Of a stretch of 64,000 nucleotides of DNA, positions 29,760-45,626 are shown one piece after another; the stretch's first letter is position 1; the number at the start of each line of letters is the position of its first letter. This DNA is from the human T2T-CHM13v2.0 reference genome, Homo sapiens. A model generated the notes under the pieces. The model made no database searches, was not told where the DNA came from, and worked only from the letters and a program-made list of their open reading frames with translations. Made by a program: the position numbers and the translations under genes. The DNA lies in contig CP086569.2 in NCBI GenBank assembly GCA_009914755.4, forward strand, positions 13,792,001-13,856,000, given 5' to 3'.

Positions 29760-29976
29760 TCCAAAAACTTTTTTCAATGTAGATTAAACCCAGGCATTTT
29801 CTTAAAAAATGCCATGAATCTTTTACTGAAATCATAGCATCTGTAAACTAAATCAGACAGTTTAGTTGGTTACTTCCATTAATATGTTAGTATAAAACAG
29901 AAATTGCGACAGATACAGCATTTTATATCTGCTATGTTTACTTCTGTATTTACTTGTATTTGATTAACCTGGTTAA

Positions 29977-30162
<186 letters not shown>

Positions 30163-30815
30163 TGATCAGACTTACTTTAAAAGTAGTATGTTCTGAAGGG
30201 GATGTCTGAATCCTGTGTTTAGCATTTGAGGTAGGTAAAGATTAGCTGAGGATGTGTCTTTTTGTGTATACCTTTGGATCCTTGGGATGAAACTAATATT
30301 TTTATCTGGACATCTTGAGGAAGCTTATGGCAAAATCTTCTTTAAGAAATAGAACTGCGTATTTTACAGTTAACTCCACGGGAGTTAGCAAACTGCAGCC
30401 TTTAGGTCAAACCTAGCTCTTGTTTATTTTTCAATAGCTGTATTGAAATATAGCCATACCCATTGGTTACGTCTATAGCTGTAGAGGTTAGCCAGAGATG
30501 TGGCAGAGAGACTGGCCTGCAAGAGCCATGTGGCTCTTTACAGAAAGTTCACTGACCCCTGTTTTACCTTCTAACAGTATGTAGTGATTACAAAGAAATG
30601 TTGAACTGAAAGTTGATGCCACTTTTCAGAAAAATGGTTGTGTTTTGTACAAATTGAAATACATTGTTTAAAAATAAAGCACAGTACTCACTTTAGGTTT
30701 GCCATATAAATTTACTGTAACTTCCTAGAAAATTGGAAATAAAGTAAGAAAAATTTTCTTACAATTCAAGGGCATTTAGAACACTTTGTCATCTGTTAAT
30801 ATTCAGAAATGATAA

Positions 30816-30935
<120 letters not shown>

Positions 30936-31154
30936 TAAAATCAGACATTTTTGTTTTAAAAAGCTTTGCAAAGCCCTGTTGACTTTTCTAACGGATGCCA
31001 GATACACCTTATTTTCATTTTTTTTTTTTTACCCCTTTCACCCACTGAAAATAAGTTTGTAGATGTAATCTGCAAATTATAAAGAGAAAGTGATGAATTT
31101 TTAAAAACAATTGAAGTTTTGGGTTATGAATTTAAAATTATATTTATGTTTTAG

Positions 31155-31268
<114 letters not shown>

Positions 31269-31319
31269 TAGTGATTATTGCTTTTCTTATTTGTCAAATG
31301 ATGTTGTTATAGTCACTGA

Positions 31320-31580
<261 letters not shown>

Positions 31581-31853
31581 TAACTTCAATAATTTAATTT
31601 TCTACATAGTTTTGAAAATTGCAGTTAACGTTTTTGTAAAGAGTAAGTGAAATTTTATTTGAGGCTCTGAGCTTCATTTTAACAATCAACATGGGTAATT
31701 CGGTTGTTACCTTGAGCATTTCATCTCATGATTTTGTGTGTGTTTGTGTGTGTATGCATTTGTTGAGTATATGTCAAATTGTGACACTGCAATAGTTACT
31801 ACTTGAGTTACTATATTAGTGCAATTAATTACACAACTATATATAGTAATTAG

Positions 31854-32060
<207 letters not shown>

Positions 32061-32132
32061 TGAACTTTCATTCAGAACATTTGTGTTTATTCATTATCTT
32101 CAGATAATTTATGTATTAAAATAGGTAATTGA

Positions 32133-32306
<174 letters not shown>

Positions 32307-32509
32307 TGAATAAGAATAGTGTCAGTTACATGTAAAGATAATCTCTTTACATATCTTCTGGCCTTTCCTGTCTTTCTAAACATGGCTAAAACAATGCTTA
32401 CATTAATTGGCTCTGTTTGCATGCATCCAAGATGTATTTTAGCACAAGGACTAGAATTAAGCCAGTTAATAATTTAGATTAAGTAGTGATGCTAATTCAC
32501 TGTGAGTAA

Positions 32510-33371
<862 letters not shown>

Positions 33372-33632
33372 TAGGGGCAAGAAGCTTTCAGAGTTAACTT
33401 AAAAGTGTTAAACAGTTATTTTCAACAATAATAAACATTTTGGGCAAGGGATGATTATTAGAGAGGGTGACAAGGAATTAAGTGTTAGGTCCTTACTCCT
33501 GAGTCCTTTAGAAACACTGTTAGAACACATTGGGACATTAATGGGATGGTTCCCATTGGAACATAATGGAATTGAACTGAAAAATCAAATTGGGAATTGC
33601 AGGGTTTAAGCAGTAATTTTCAGTTTAATTGA

Positions 33633-34132
<500 letters not shown>

Positions 34133-34297
34133 TAGGCTCTTTGTTTTTCTTACGAGTTCTCTTTTTCAAAGCATAATTCATTGGGGAGATTTGATTTCTG
34201 AGGGACACAAAATCCAACTCTAGATTTCTTTTACTGGTTTTATGTTAAAGTACTTGAGAAAAAAAAGGTATTAACGAATGACTTAATTTCTCTCTAA

Positions 34298-34393
<96 letters not shown>

Positions 34394-36750
34394 ATCTGCT
34401 TTGCAGCAAAGTCACCCTTACAAAGAAGCTAATATGGAAACCACATGTAACTTAGCCAGACTATATTGTGTAGCTTCAAGAACTTGCAGTACATTACCAG
34501 CTGTGATTCTCCTGATAATTCAAGGGAGCTCAAAGTCACAAGAAGAAAAATGAAAGGAAAAAACAGCAGCCCTATTCAGAAATTGGTTTGAAGATGTAAT
34601 TGCTCTAGTTTGGATTAAACTCTTCCCCTCCTGCTTTAGTGCCACCCCAAACTGCATTTATAATTTTGTGACTGAGGATCGTTTGTTTGTTAACGTACTG
34701 TGACTTTAACTTTAGACAACTTACTACTTTGATGTCCTGTTGGCTCAGTAATGCTCACGATACCAATTGTTTTGACAAAATAAATTTACTAAACTTGGCC
34801 TAAAATCAAACCTTGGCACAGAGGTATGATACAACTTTAACAGGAGTCATCAATTCATCCATAAATATAAAAAGGGAAAAAAACTTAAGGCAGTAGTCTG
34901 CATTAGGACTGTTTGAGTTTTGCAGACTTGGGGTTGGGAGAACATCTTAAAGCATTAAAGCATAGTTTTTTGTATGGCCAACCTTACTAAATTAAGTTCT
35001 GACTTGCTCACTCTATCCTGGATAGGCACTTGGGAACTTACACTCTTTAAGCCATTCCAGTCATGATGAGGTGGAATGTATCAGTATACCAATTAATATT
35101 TTTGAAAGAGCTCTTTTAGGTTAATTTAAGTACAGCAATTTCTCATGTAATGTTTAGGGAGTTTATTCTAACCTAGGCAAACGGCATGCTATCACAAGAA
35201 AGGTTTAAAGCTTTGATAAAATGGGGGAGATTTAATCAGTTTTTTTAATGCCTGCTATAAAAATTTGAAATATTAGAATGGCCGACCATGGCAGTGACCA
35301 GGCCTCACTACAGGCCTGGTTGGATTCTGGTCTTTAATGCATGCTAGTGTTGATGTTTTTTGGTCAAGAACGGTTTAAACAGGAAGGATTGTGCAGCAGG
35401 CTTTAATTTAATGTAGATTCATACTGCTCTGTTAAAGCTGCATTGAAATGTTAAAATGGCTTACACTTGCAGACTTTGCAAATCTTAAGACTAACAAATC
35501 CTTGAAATCACACAGCTTGCAAATACGTACTAAACTGCACAAGGTGTGTGTTCTATATGTGCAGTTTTAGCGTATTTTAGTTGCATAGGTTTCCATGGTA
35601 TTTATAGTCTCTTGTGCTAAATTTGGCCAAAGATGATTGTCCACCACTAAAAATGCCTCTCCCACTTGGAATTCTGTACTGATTTTGTGGCCAGATGCAA
35701 TGATCTTTAAAAACAAATCTTTTCAATGGCATAAGAAGTTGACAAAAATTTCTTAAAGTGCAATAGATTTTCAAGTGTATTGTGCCTTGTTCTAAAACTT
35801 TTAAGTAGGTGCACTTGACAGTATTGAGGTCATTTGTTAAGGTGCTATTTCAATTAGTGTAGGTTTAGACTCTTGTACATTTCTCCCATAACTTTTTACA
35901 AAGTATTTTGTTGCACATTCAGAGAATTTTATATATATATGTCTTGTGTGGGTGTCCTCGACCTTCCAATCTTATTTCGTCTCTTGGAGATTGTTGAATG
36001 CAGCCAGTGAAGAAGTAGATTCCTAAATTTTATTGGGGACCATGGAATGGTAGTTGAGAAGAAAACTATTTGCACACAACAGATTTTAGATACTTTTTGC
36101 TGCTAGTTGTGTAATATTTATTGAACATTTTGACAAATATTTATTTTTGTAAGCCTAAAAATGATTCTTTGAAAGTTTAAAGAAACTTGACCAAAAGACA
36201 GTACAAAAAACACTGGCACTTGAATGTTGAATGTCACCGTATGTGAAATAATATATTTTGGGGTAGTGTGAGCTTTTAATGTTAAGTCTGTTAAACTTGA
36301 GTCAAATTAAGCAGACCCGGCATTGGCAATGTAGCTGTAATTTTCTGACAAAATTTAAGACAAAATTGTCAACTTGAAACTAAAACATGCCAAGGTTTTG
36401 ATATACTTGTCTTAAGATATTAATGAAACACTTCTGAACACTGATAGGAAGTGTCCACATCCACAAAGTTTCTCTTGAGTTTTGTTATGTGTTTTGTTGT
36501 GTTTGATTTTCAGTGATTGTCTGGTATATTTACAGTCCTCAAACATGGTTATTTCTGTCAGTGACTTAACATTCGGTTTTATCAGCCAGCAGTATTCTTC
36601 AGTAAATAAAGAATGGAATTGCTGAATGTAATCATTGAACCTCGAGTCACTGTAAAAGTTCAGTAATTGCTTATTGTATTAGTTTTAGATGCTGGCACTG
36701 CATGTGCTCTGTTTATTCTGATTTTACTAAAATAAAAAGTTCAAAAGTCT
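34394..36750 (+). other. DDX3Y: DDX3Y 3'UTR (extent inferred). AATAAA signals at 34779-34784 (proximal), 36605-36610 and 36731-36736; a further one at 37407-37412.
   Basis: Non-repetitive sequence follows the stop. The hexamers were located by reading. The distal end is inferred only from an expected ~2.3 kb UTR. Confidence 0.5.
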
Positions 36751-38619
36751 TCCTGCTGTCACTTGTAGCTTAATGTTGAGTTGAAGATGAACTTGTGCTC
36801 TTAACCTGAAGATTGGAAATCTGATTTCTTGGCTACCTACCAAAGCTGTTTGTGAAATACCGTCCTGAGGCTAGAAGTACTTCTTTGCCTTAATGACGAA
36901 GGTGGTAGAAGGTTGGAGTTGTGAGGCAGGATTTGTGTTCTGACTGATGTGAATCTAAAAGGTCTATACATGCAGCATATATTGCATTTTGGTCTAAGCA
37001 ACTTAATATGAGTGTGATTGCTATTTTAAGCATTTTTGATGTGAAAGATGGCTGAACTAAATGAATTGGGTAAAAAGTCAGTTGCCTAACAAATTACTTT
37101 TTGATTGTAAGTAGTTACTTAAGGTCAAGAATTAATTGGAGTAGGTTAATGATAGCTGAGAATCGCATAAGCACGTTTTGTCCAACTTCTTTTTTCTGGT
37201 GGCTGACAATCCCTTTAACACATTGCAGCAGTTAGTGCCGCTTAACAAACACGATAGGCAAACTGGTCTAACGTGTTAATGTTTGAAATAGTTTTTTTTA
37301 AGGAAATCAAGAACCTCAGTGTCCCTTTGTGTCCCCTTTTGGCAACCAACCTCAAACTGCAAAGGATAAGCACTGTTCTTTTAACAGCACACATAAGCTT
37401 TAGTCTAATAAACTTGGTGAAAATGAACAGTTTTTTTTAACTCATTTTTTGCACTAAGTGTTAACGTTCGTGAGATGGAATTACAATGTTCCTTAGATTT
37501 TTAACATTCTGATAGCTGTGTGGAATTCTGTTGTGTAAATAGCACCTAATTTCTAGTTTGTAGCAGCAACAAACTATTTTAATATGATTATGGTAAACGC
37601 CAATGCTCCTTCATGTCTTACCTGTTTTCAGTAGGTACTACTGGTTTTCAGAAGTATTTATGCCGTTTTGCACTTGGTCTCACAGTTTATTTGTGGTTGC
37701 TCTATATTCTCAACATTACTTGGTTTCTTACACACCTTATATATGTAAGTAGGTGTGTTATTTTAATTTGTATTTATCATCCTGATGACGATTGATACGA
37801 CACGAGCTGTGTTGAGGTTCACGCAGTTAAAAAGAATTTGTCCTTATCAATTACAGGCACACTTAGTAAATGATCTGATTTTTGGGTACTGCTATCTCCC
37901 GATAAAAGATACAATGTAGGTAAAATTGGATTTGCAATTAAGTTGTTCAGATTGGTTGATGGTAATACAGTTTAGTTAACAATTTACTATTGATGTTTGA
38001 AGATTAGTAAATAAATATTTGTAGAACACATACTATGTGGAAATTCTGCAGTGAACTAGCCAAATAGTGACCAAATTAAGGTAACTTTTTCTAGCAATGG
38101 AAATGGTCTCCCATTTCCTTCCCTCCTGCTCAGGTGATTTTTAGGTGTGATTTTCCACTGAATCATTGTATTTGTCTTCTCCAGGACTGAGGGCTCAGAA
38201 ATTGAATGTGCGTGTGTTTGCGCACAAGTATGTGTATTTGTCTTTTGAAGACCACAGTGGTCTAATGTCCATTTTTAGGAGTATGAGTTCTTTAGATTCA
38301 GAGAATAATTGATCAGTCAGGATCTGAGTTCCAGCAAGAAGTATAGCTGGAATGATCTCATTCCTATTGGACAAATGAAGTGGATGCATCTCTACAGCAG
38401 TCACGAGAAAAGTTAGACAAGCCTGTCCTGCAAGAAAATGTGAACTTGAAATGGTACTGATGTGTGCTATGTAGCAGTTCTCTGTATGAAAAATGAGCTT
38501 TTAGAACTTTGAAGACAATAACAGTATGTTTACAAAAAATGAACATATTCACAATGATGCTGTTATTTAATAGTTGCAAGGGGAGATGAATAGATTTCTA
38601 TAATGAGATACTATGTATT

Positions 38620-41600
38620 TGAAACAGTAAAAGTTCCTGTATCCCCCTCACAAAGGGTGTGTGACTGGGGAGTGGCTCAATCCTTAAGTGTCCCACAGCT
38701 CCAAACCTTAGGGGGAGCATGCAGACAGGCAGGTCTTGGCGAGTGTGGGATGTGACCTGTTGTGTACAGCTCTTGAAGCCCAGTGGGCATGTCGTACAGT
38801 GTGTTCTCCAGGTTTTGCCATCTGCAGGCAGGTTGTGCTAATCAGCTCAGTTAGACCCTCTGCCTTATTGCAAGGATAGAGGACTTTCTGTGTCCTGGAT
38901 TCTTGTCTTAGTGGACCAGAAAAATCAGATCACATGTGGGCTTGGAGAGTGAATGCAAGGTTTTATTGAGTGGTGGAGGTAGCTCTCAGTAGATGGATAG
39001 GGAGCCAGAAAGGGGATGGAGTGGGAAGGTGGTCTCCCCTGGAGTCAGGCTGCTCAGTGCCTGGGCTGTCTCCTTTGACCCCCCTCTATGGAATTTCCCT
39101 CAGCATGCATGTCATTCCACTGTCAGTGGCCTGTTGCCGTCTGTGTATTCTGCCAGTGTGTTCCTCTTGATGTCCAGATGTTTGTGTGTGTGCCTAGTAT
39201 GGTCTTGGGGTTTTTATAGGCACAGGATGGGGGGCATGGGAGGCCAGGATGGTCTTGGAAAAATGCAACATTTGGGTGTGAAAACAGGAGTGCGTGTCCT
39301 CACCTAGGGCCGTGGGCATGAGGTTGGAGCCCTCTCAAGGACCCTGCCCGTCTCTACCCAGCACTTCTGCCCTCTTCTTGTATCATTTTTCCCCTCTGAA
39401 GAGGTACATGTAACTGCCATAAAAATATGGAGACAACCAGTCTTAGCTGCTTCCTGCTGATGGGGCGTTGTTTTTGGGAAAACAGATTCCTCCCAGACAG
39501 AGGTCTATCTAAGGGCTCACATTGAGGCTCTGGTTGCCTTTCTGGAGTTTGATGACCTCTGTATGTGAGAGGAAAAAAAAAACTTTATAAGGTTAAGTAT
39601 GCATGCGTTAAATGTGTATTATACAAGGAAAAATTTAGTGCTAAAGATTACAGAGATAAGAAATGAAATATACTAACAACAACATTGTATCCTTAGCTGT
39701 TTTACCCTGGTGAAAGAAATTAAATCTTGTATAGGGTCAGTTAAACTTTAGAAGAGAGGTAGCTATTGTAGCCATATCTTTAGCAATTAACAAGTGTGCC
39801 CTGCCTGGAAATTCTGGTGTTTGTAGTCTTGTGTGGTGGTCATTAAAGCTTCTGCCTCTCTTGTGCCTCCCTTTTTCTATTGTAAAAGACTGAGGTGGTC
39901 ACTTTCAGGAGGTCCTGTAATATACTACCTGGCCCCAGGAACTGTTTCTCCAACTTCCTCCTAATATCAGGGGCTGCCTGAGTTATAAATTTATCCTTTA
40001 GGATTAGCTGTCCCTTGATTGAGTCAGGAGATAGAGAGGTGTACTTTACTAGGGCCTCTCTCAGCCTTTCAAAGAAGGCAGCGGGATTTTCATCGAATCC
40101 CTGGTTAGTCATGGACAGCTTAGCATAATTGAGAGGCTTGGTCTTCATCCTATGTAAGCCTTCCATTATGCACACCAGAAAGTATCTCCTCTTCCAGCCT
40201 GCCATCTCATGACTGGGATCCTATTTAGGGTCATTCACTGATACTGCTTTTCTTCCAGTTGGATAATATTTGCTCCCTTCCCTGACACTATATGTGATGC
40301 AAAGCTCATCCCCAAATCTGTCTGCTGCTTGCAGAGTGGCCTGCTTCTCAGTGTGCATCAGGATCTGATTCCAAAGTAACATAACATCTTTCCAGGAGAG
40401 TTCAAATATTTGGGTGAAATTCTGGAAATTTGCTTTAAGTTTTATAGGGAGAAGGGGACCTGGACTTGGGCCAAATTCACTGGACATCTGTTGGAGGGGC
40501 AAGAGTGATAACTGGGGCTTGTTTAGGGGAGGGATTTCTAGGAGAGGACAAGTGAGAGGCTGAAGCTCGATAGGGAGGTTGGTGTGGACCCAGAGGAGCA
40601 GAGCTGGAGGGAGCTGGCTCCTCTGCTGGGGGTGCTTCTGGGACTCAGATCTTTTAATTCCCCTGGGCTTGCCCCTTCCAGCCTTCCCTGAGATGGCAAT
40701 CAATCCTACACTGTTGGCAAAGTTCTGGATTGCCTTGCAAGGTATAGAAAGCCTGCATATGTGGGACGCAGACCATATGTCTTCACGTCTATGAAAAAGT
40801 TCCAAATGTCAGATGGTATAAGGGTGAGTGGTTCCTTCTTGGGGTGAACCCAGTTTATAATTTGTCCAAACCTTTGTGCAAAGGGATATGAGGCATTTTT
40901 GCTCCAGATTCTGAGGGTCAAAATGGTCTCAATGGTTCAGGACACACTGCAGAGGAGTAGAAGGTGGGGTTGGTGAAAAGAGCTGGTTACCCATTCTGAA
41001 AGACAGGAAATTTATCATTTTCTTTCATCAGTTTTGCTGAAGCAAAAACTCAGGGTTTGATGGAGAAAGAAAGCTAGTGCCCTCCCTTTTCTTCCACCTC
41101 TTATCCCTGAGTCTCAGGGACCGTGGCAGGTGCTGGCCACAGATACCAATGTGGTGTGTTCCCATGAAGCAGGGAAAATCTGGAGAATAGGAATTAACCA
41201 CCCTCACCTCTGCCTCCTTTTCTCCCTGCTGTTGGCAAACTTTGAGTTCCCTAGGCCTGTTTATGCCATGGAGTATGGTCTTCTTCCATGGGTTGAGGGT
41301 TTAGTCTACAGGAACTGATGCTACCCATTTACATTGTGCCTGTGGCCTGGCTTTGGATCCCTCCAGCCTGGTCTTTCTAAGGTCTCAGCCTGAAGCTTGG
41401 AATCAGGATTGGGACTGAAAAGATATTTCAGAGACTCTTTCTATTTAGATAGTGTCTCAAATGAGTGCTGCTGAATTTGGTTATCAGCCAGCAAGGGATT
41501 TCCTTTGTTAACTTCCCTATCAGAAATAATGTTGGGAAGAGGGAGTCCTCTCACTTAGAAAAGGAAAAAAATAGAAAAAACAGTTTAAGGGTCAAAAGGG

Positions 41601-42989
41601 GAATGTCCTGGGGAAAGAACTCCTTGCTCAGTGTAAGAGGTTCCTTTTAATCCTTGTATCCTTTCCCGGGTTCAGACTGTGTTGAATTCCTTGGCCAGGG
41701 GAAGAAAGGTTCTGTTGGCATGACAGGCCATAAGTGCCCACCTGCCAGCTCTGTGAGGTCCCGGCTACCACCGTGGTTTTCTCTTACCTTCCTCAGCTGG
41801 TGGCTGTTAAGTACAGCCTTTGCATGCTGTGAACATGTCCAGGTGCCCAAGCTGGAAGGAGAAAGGGTAAGGGGAGTTTCCCTGAGCTGTGTGCGTCTGC
41901 ACGTGTCAGGGTGGAGGCAGAGATGGCACCTCTAAGAACAATTTGTCTGATTTGCGTTTTTGGCAGCTGAGCATTGCCACAGCCTGTAGCAAAATTCTTT
42001 AACATTATAAAGGAAGAGATAATAGCCATTTCAAACCATGACAGAGAGAAAAGAGACAAAGTCGGGGTTTTGACCAGCCCGGTTAGGGAAATTAAATCTT
42101 CTTGAAAGGAAACAGATCCTTTTATCTGCAGGAAAGAGAGAGAGGTGGCAGGATTTTGGGAAAGAGGCAGATCTGACAGTTTCACATTTGCTCTTACCTT
42201 CTGGGATCCCAGATGACCCCCAGTTGAAACAGGAAAAGTTCCCTTATCCCCCTGGCAGGGTGTCAGACTCTGGGAGTGGTCCTCCTCTTCAGTGTCCCGC
42301 AGCTCAAACCCATAGGGGGAGCATGCAGATGGGCAGATTGTGGGCAGTGTGGGGTCCAACTCCATGGCAGTGTGTAGGACTCAGTGTTTACAGCTCCCGA
42401 AGCTCCAGTGGGCATGTGTTGCGGTGTGCTCTTTCAGCTTTACCGTATGCAGGCAGCTTGTGTTAATCAGCTCAGTTAGACTCTCTGCCTTATCGCAAGG
42501 GCAGAGAGCTTTCTATATCATGGGGTTCTTTCCCTAGCCCACAGGAAAAATCAGATCACACATGTGCTTGTAGAATGAGTGCAAGGTTTTATTGAGTGGT
42601 GGTAGTAGCTCTCAGTAGTTGGGTGGGGAGCCAGAAGGGCGATGGAGTGGGAAGGTGGTCTTTCCCTAGAGTCGGGCCACTCATTGGCCAGGCTCTCCTT
42701 AGCTGAATTTCCCTCAGTGTCTGTATGGTTCCACTGTTGATGGCCTGTTGATGTCTGTGTGTTTGTCTGCCGGTGTGTTCTTCTTGACATCCCCACTATG
42801 GTCTCAGGGTTTTTATAGGCACAATATGGGGGGTATGGTGGGCCAAGGTGGTCTTGGAAATGCAACATTTGAGTGTGAAAACAGTCCCAGTCCTCACCTA
42901 GGTTCGTGGGCACAGGCCTGAGGGTGGAGCCCTCACCAGGGACCCCACCTTTCTCTACCCAGCACTTCCTTGCCACCCCTCCCATATCA
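38620..42989 (-). mobile_element. Internally deleted class I HERV provirus (minus strand). 3' LTR 38620-39385 and 5' LTR 42225-42989 (each ~765 bp, TG..CA on the element strand). A 2.8-kb internal region retains only gag.
   Basis: Two collinear ~765-bp copies (gaaacag[t/g]aaaagttcc...gggggagcatgcaga...ctctacccagcacttc...tatca) with roughly 15-20% divergence. Minus-strand ORFs with retroviral gag similarity lie between them. Confidence 0.8.
39843..40805 (-). pseudogene. ERV gag remnant (ORFs 40221..40805 and 39843..40205 on the minus strand)
   Basis: ...ERLREALVKYTSLSPDSIKGQLILKDKFITQAAPDIRRKLEKQFLGPGSILQDLLKVTTSVFYNRKREAQERQ recalls class I HERV gag (HERV-W/H/9-like FLERLREAL..LILKDKFITQSAPDIRKKLQK..SVFYNRDQE). 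Upstream segment WKDVMLLWNQILMHTEKQATLQAADRFGD. Confidence 0.7.
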
Positions 42990-45262
42990 TGTTCATGAGA
43001 ATTGATATGTGGTTAGTCTCAAACTGATGCGCTGAGGAAGTTAGACACAAAATGGTACATACTGTCTGATTCCATGTATAGAAAGTTTAAATGGCAAAAC
43101 TATGGTTATAGAAGCCTTGAAGGGATATTAACAGAGAGGGCTTTTATGGTATCGATAACTGATGTTCTTTTTGTAGGTATAGTTCAGAGATACATGTTCA
43201 CCTTTTATTCATTGACCTGTACATTTACTATGCATGCATTTTTCTCTTCACCAGATGTATTTTGTAGATGATTTTTTCCCCAAAAGTAATATTTTATAAA
43301 ACCTTACATAAACAGCTCCATGAATTTTGGCAAATACACTGTTGTTATAAACTCACGCTTAGATCAATATACAGAATATTTCTAGCATTCCTAAGAACTT
43401 TGTATTTCATCTTAAACTTAGGAGATTAGTGCTATTAGTGGCTCCATGTCACCATTGAGGAACATTGGCACAGCAGGTTAAGAACCTGTCTGTTGGTACT
43501 ACCAGCTCTTCTCTGGATAATTTTTGCATGCCCATGGTGTCAGAGATGGCAAAGAGGACAGTGATAGTCTCTGCCTTTCTTCCTGAGGTTAAATTGTCAA
43601 CCAATATGTTGTCCTGGAAAATAATATTCTCTTTCCACGTGACTAGGCCAGGAGCAATCTGGGTAGGGGAGCAATCTGGGTAGGGGAGCATCAGGCACTC
43701 TTCTGATCCATTTCCCAATCATTGTCATCCTTGATGATGCTATGGGGTCTTAAGAATTGTCAATGCCAGGTGCAGGGGTGCTAATACCAGGCTAGAAACT
43801 GCTCCCAGGGAGGATGTGATCATCATCTGTCAAGCTGGATTGTCAGTTTTTGTTTTTTACTGGCAAACCAAAGAAGTGAGGCTGAAGCCCTACGAAGTTC
43901 ATTGTAGGTACATTTAAGCTCTGACGCTTTTATTGGACCTAGATAAAGTTTAGGTGTTGACTGGGGCAAATACTTCCTACATCATGGGGTTTCATGTGGA
44001 TTCTCTAATTCAAATTAATTTCTCAGTGGCCTCATGTAGTGCCAGCTTTGTCTTAGAATGACCCAATGCTTTCATCTCAGAACATTTTGTTGACTATTAC
44101 AAGAGATTTCTAGCTTCCCTTAGGAATTAAGAGCCCTCACCTAGACTGAAGCTCTCTAGTTATACTTTGACTAGCAGAAAGTGACATGAGAGGTCAGAGA
44201 AGTTATGTTTCTATTTCTGAAAAGCATAGGATTAGAAATTAAAATAGGTTAATTAATGACATCTGGCAAAGAAAGTGATGAGAGATGCTTATCAAAATGT
44301 AGCCAAGCTTTGAGGCAGCCTATGAGAAATTCATTTATTTTTTTGGCCACATCTCAGGGCAAAGAAAGCTCCAGGATGTAAGAAGGAAAGAAAGCGTGCA
44401 GTAGTTGAGAATTATGAAATTACTCATATTGGCCCTATCTCAACTGTCTTATGGGATTTGGCAACAAGTACAAGGAAAAGGAAAAGTTTTCTTTGCCCTG
44501 ACTCACTTCATAAGGAAGGTGGCGCACCAGGGAAGGGAATACACGGCCAGACTTTAAAAGGTTTATAGGTTGATGACACAGGGATGTGAAGGGAGTAAAA
44601 TATTTTACCCAGCCCCTGATCAAGATGGAGTCACTCTGGTTTGAGTGCCTCTCACAGCAGGAGGATAGTTAAAATCATGACATAGTTTCTCAATGAATAT
44701 GAAATGATTGTTCTCCTGTATCAAGGATAAAGCAAGAGAGCAGAAGCCACTCTGGAAGTGACCCAAACTGTGCTATTTCAGATTATTTTGTTGTCCTTCC
44801 AGCTGTTATTCATTCCCTGGTCTTCTGTTAGTTAAAGGATCACCAACAAATTCTAAAATCTAAAAGATTATTGGGTGGTAAAACTAGATGTATCTATAAT
44901 AAAATGAAGAACTCAACTATGTTTAATTATTGAACACATGAGTAAGTATATATATTGTAAAACTACTCAAACTGTCCTGCTAGCTTAATTTTAAGTTTGC
45001 ATTGTTTGATAGGTGAATTATTTGGAATAATTCAGTTGACAGCTAATGCCTAAACTGATTTGGGTTAAAATACAGAAAATCTGAGTTGAGTTCAGTAGCT
45101 CATGCCTGCCTGTCCTAGTTACTTGGGAGGCTGAAGCAGGAAGATTGCTTAAGCCCAAGGGTTTGAAGCTGCAGTGAAAAAATAAACTAAAAATATACAA
45201 GTCTTTGCTTAATTAAAACATTACTATCAGATAATACATTCCAAAATTGTAAAATCTGGAAA

Positions 45263-45626
<364 letters not shown>

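Noticed and set aside
41793-42985. 190-aa and 144-aa minus-strand ORFs downstream of DDX3Y
   Set aside because: They lie within the 5' LTR and leader of the deleted provirus, have no domain-like content, and probably arose by chance in LTR sequence.
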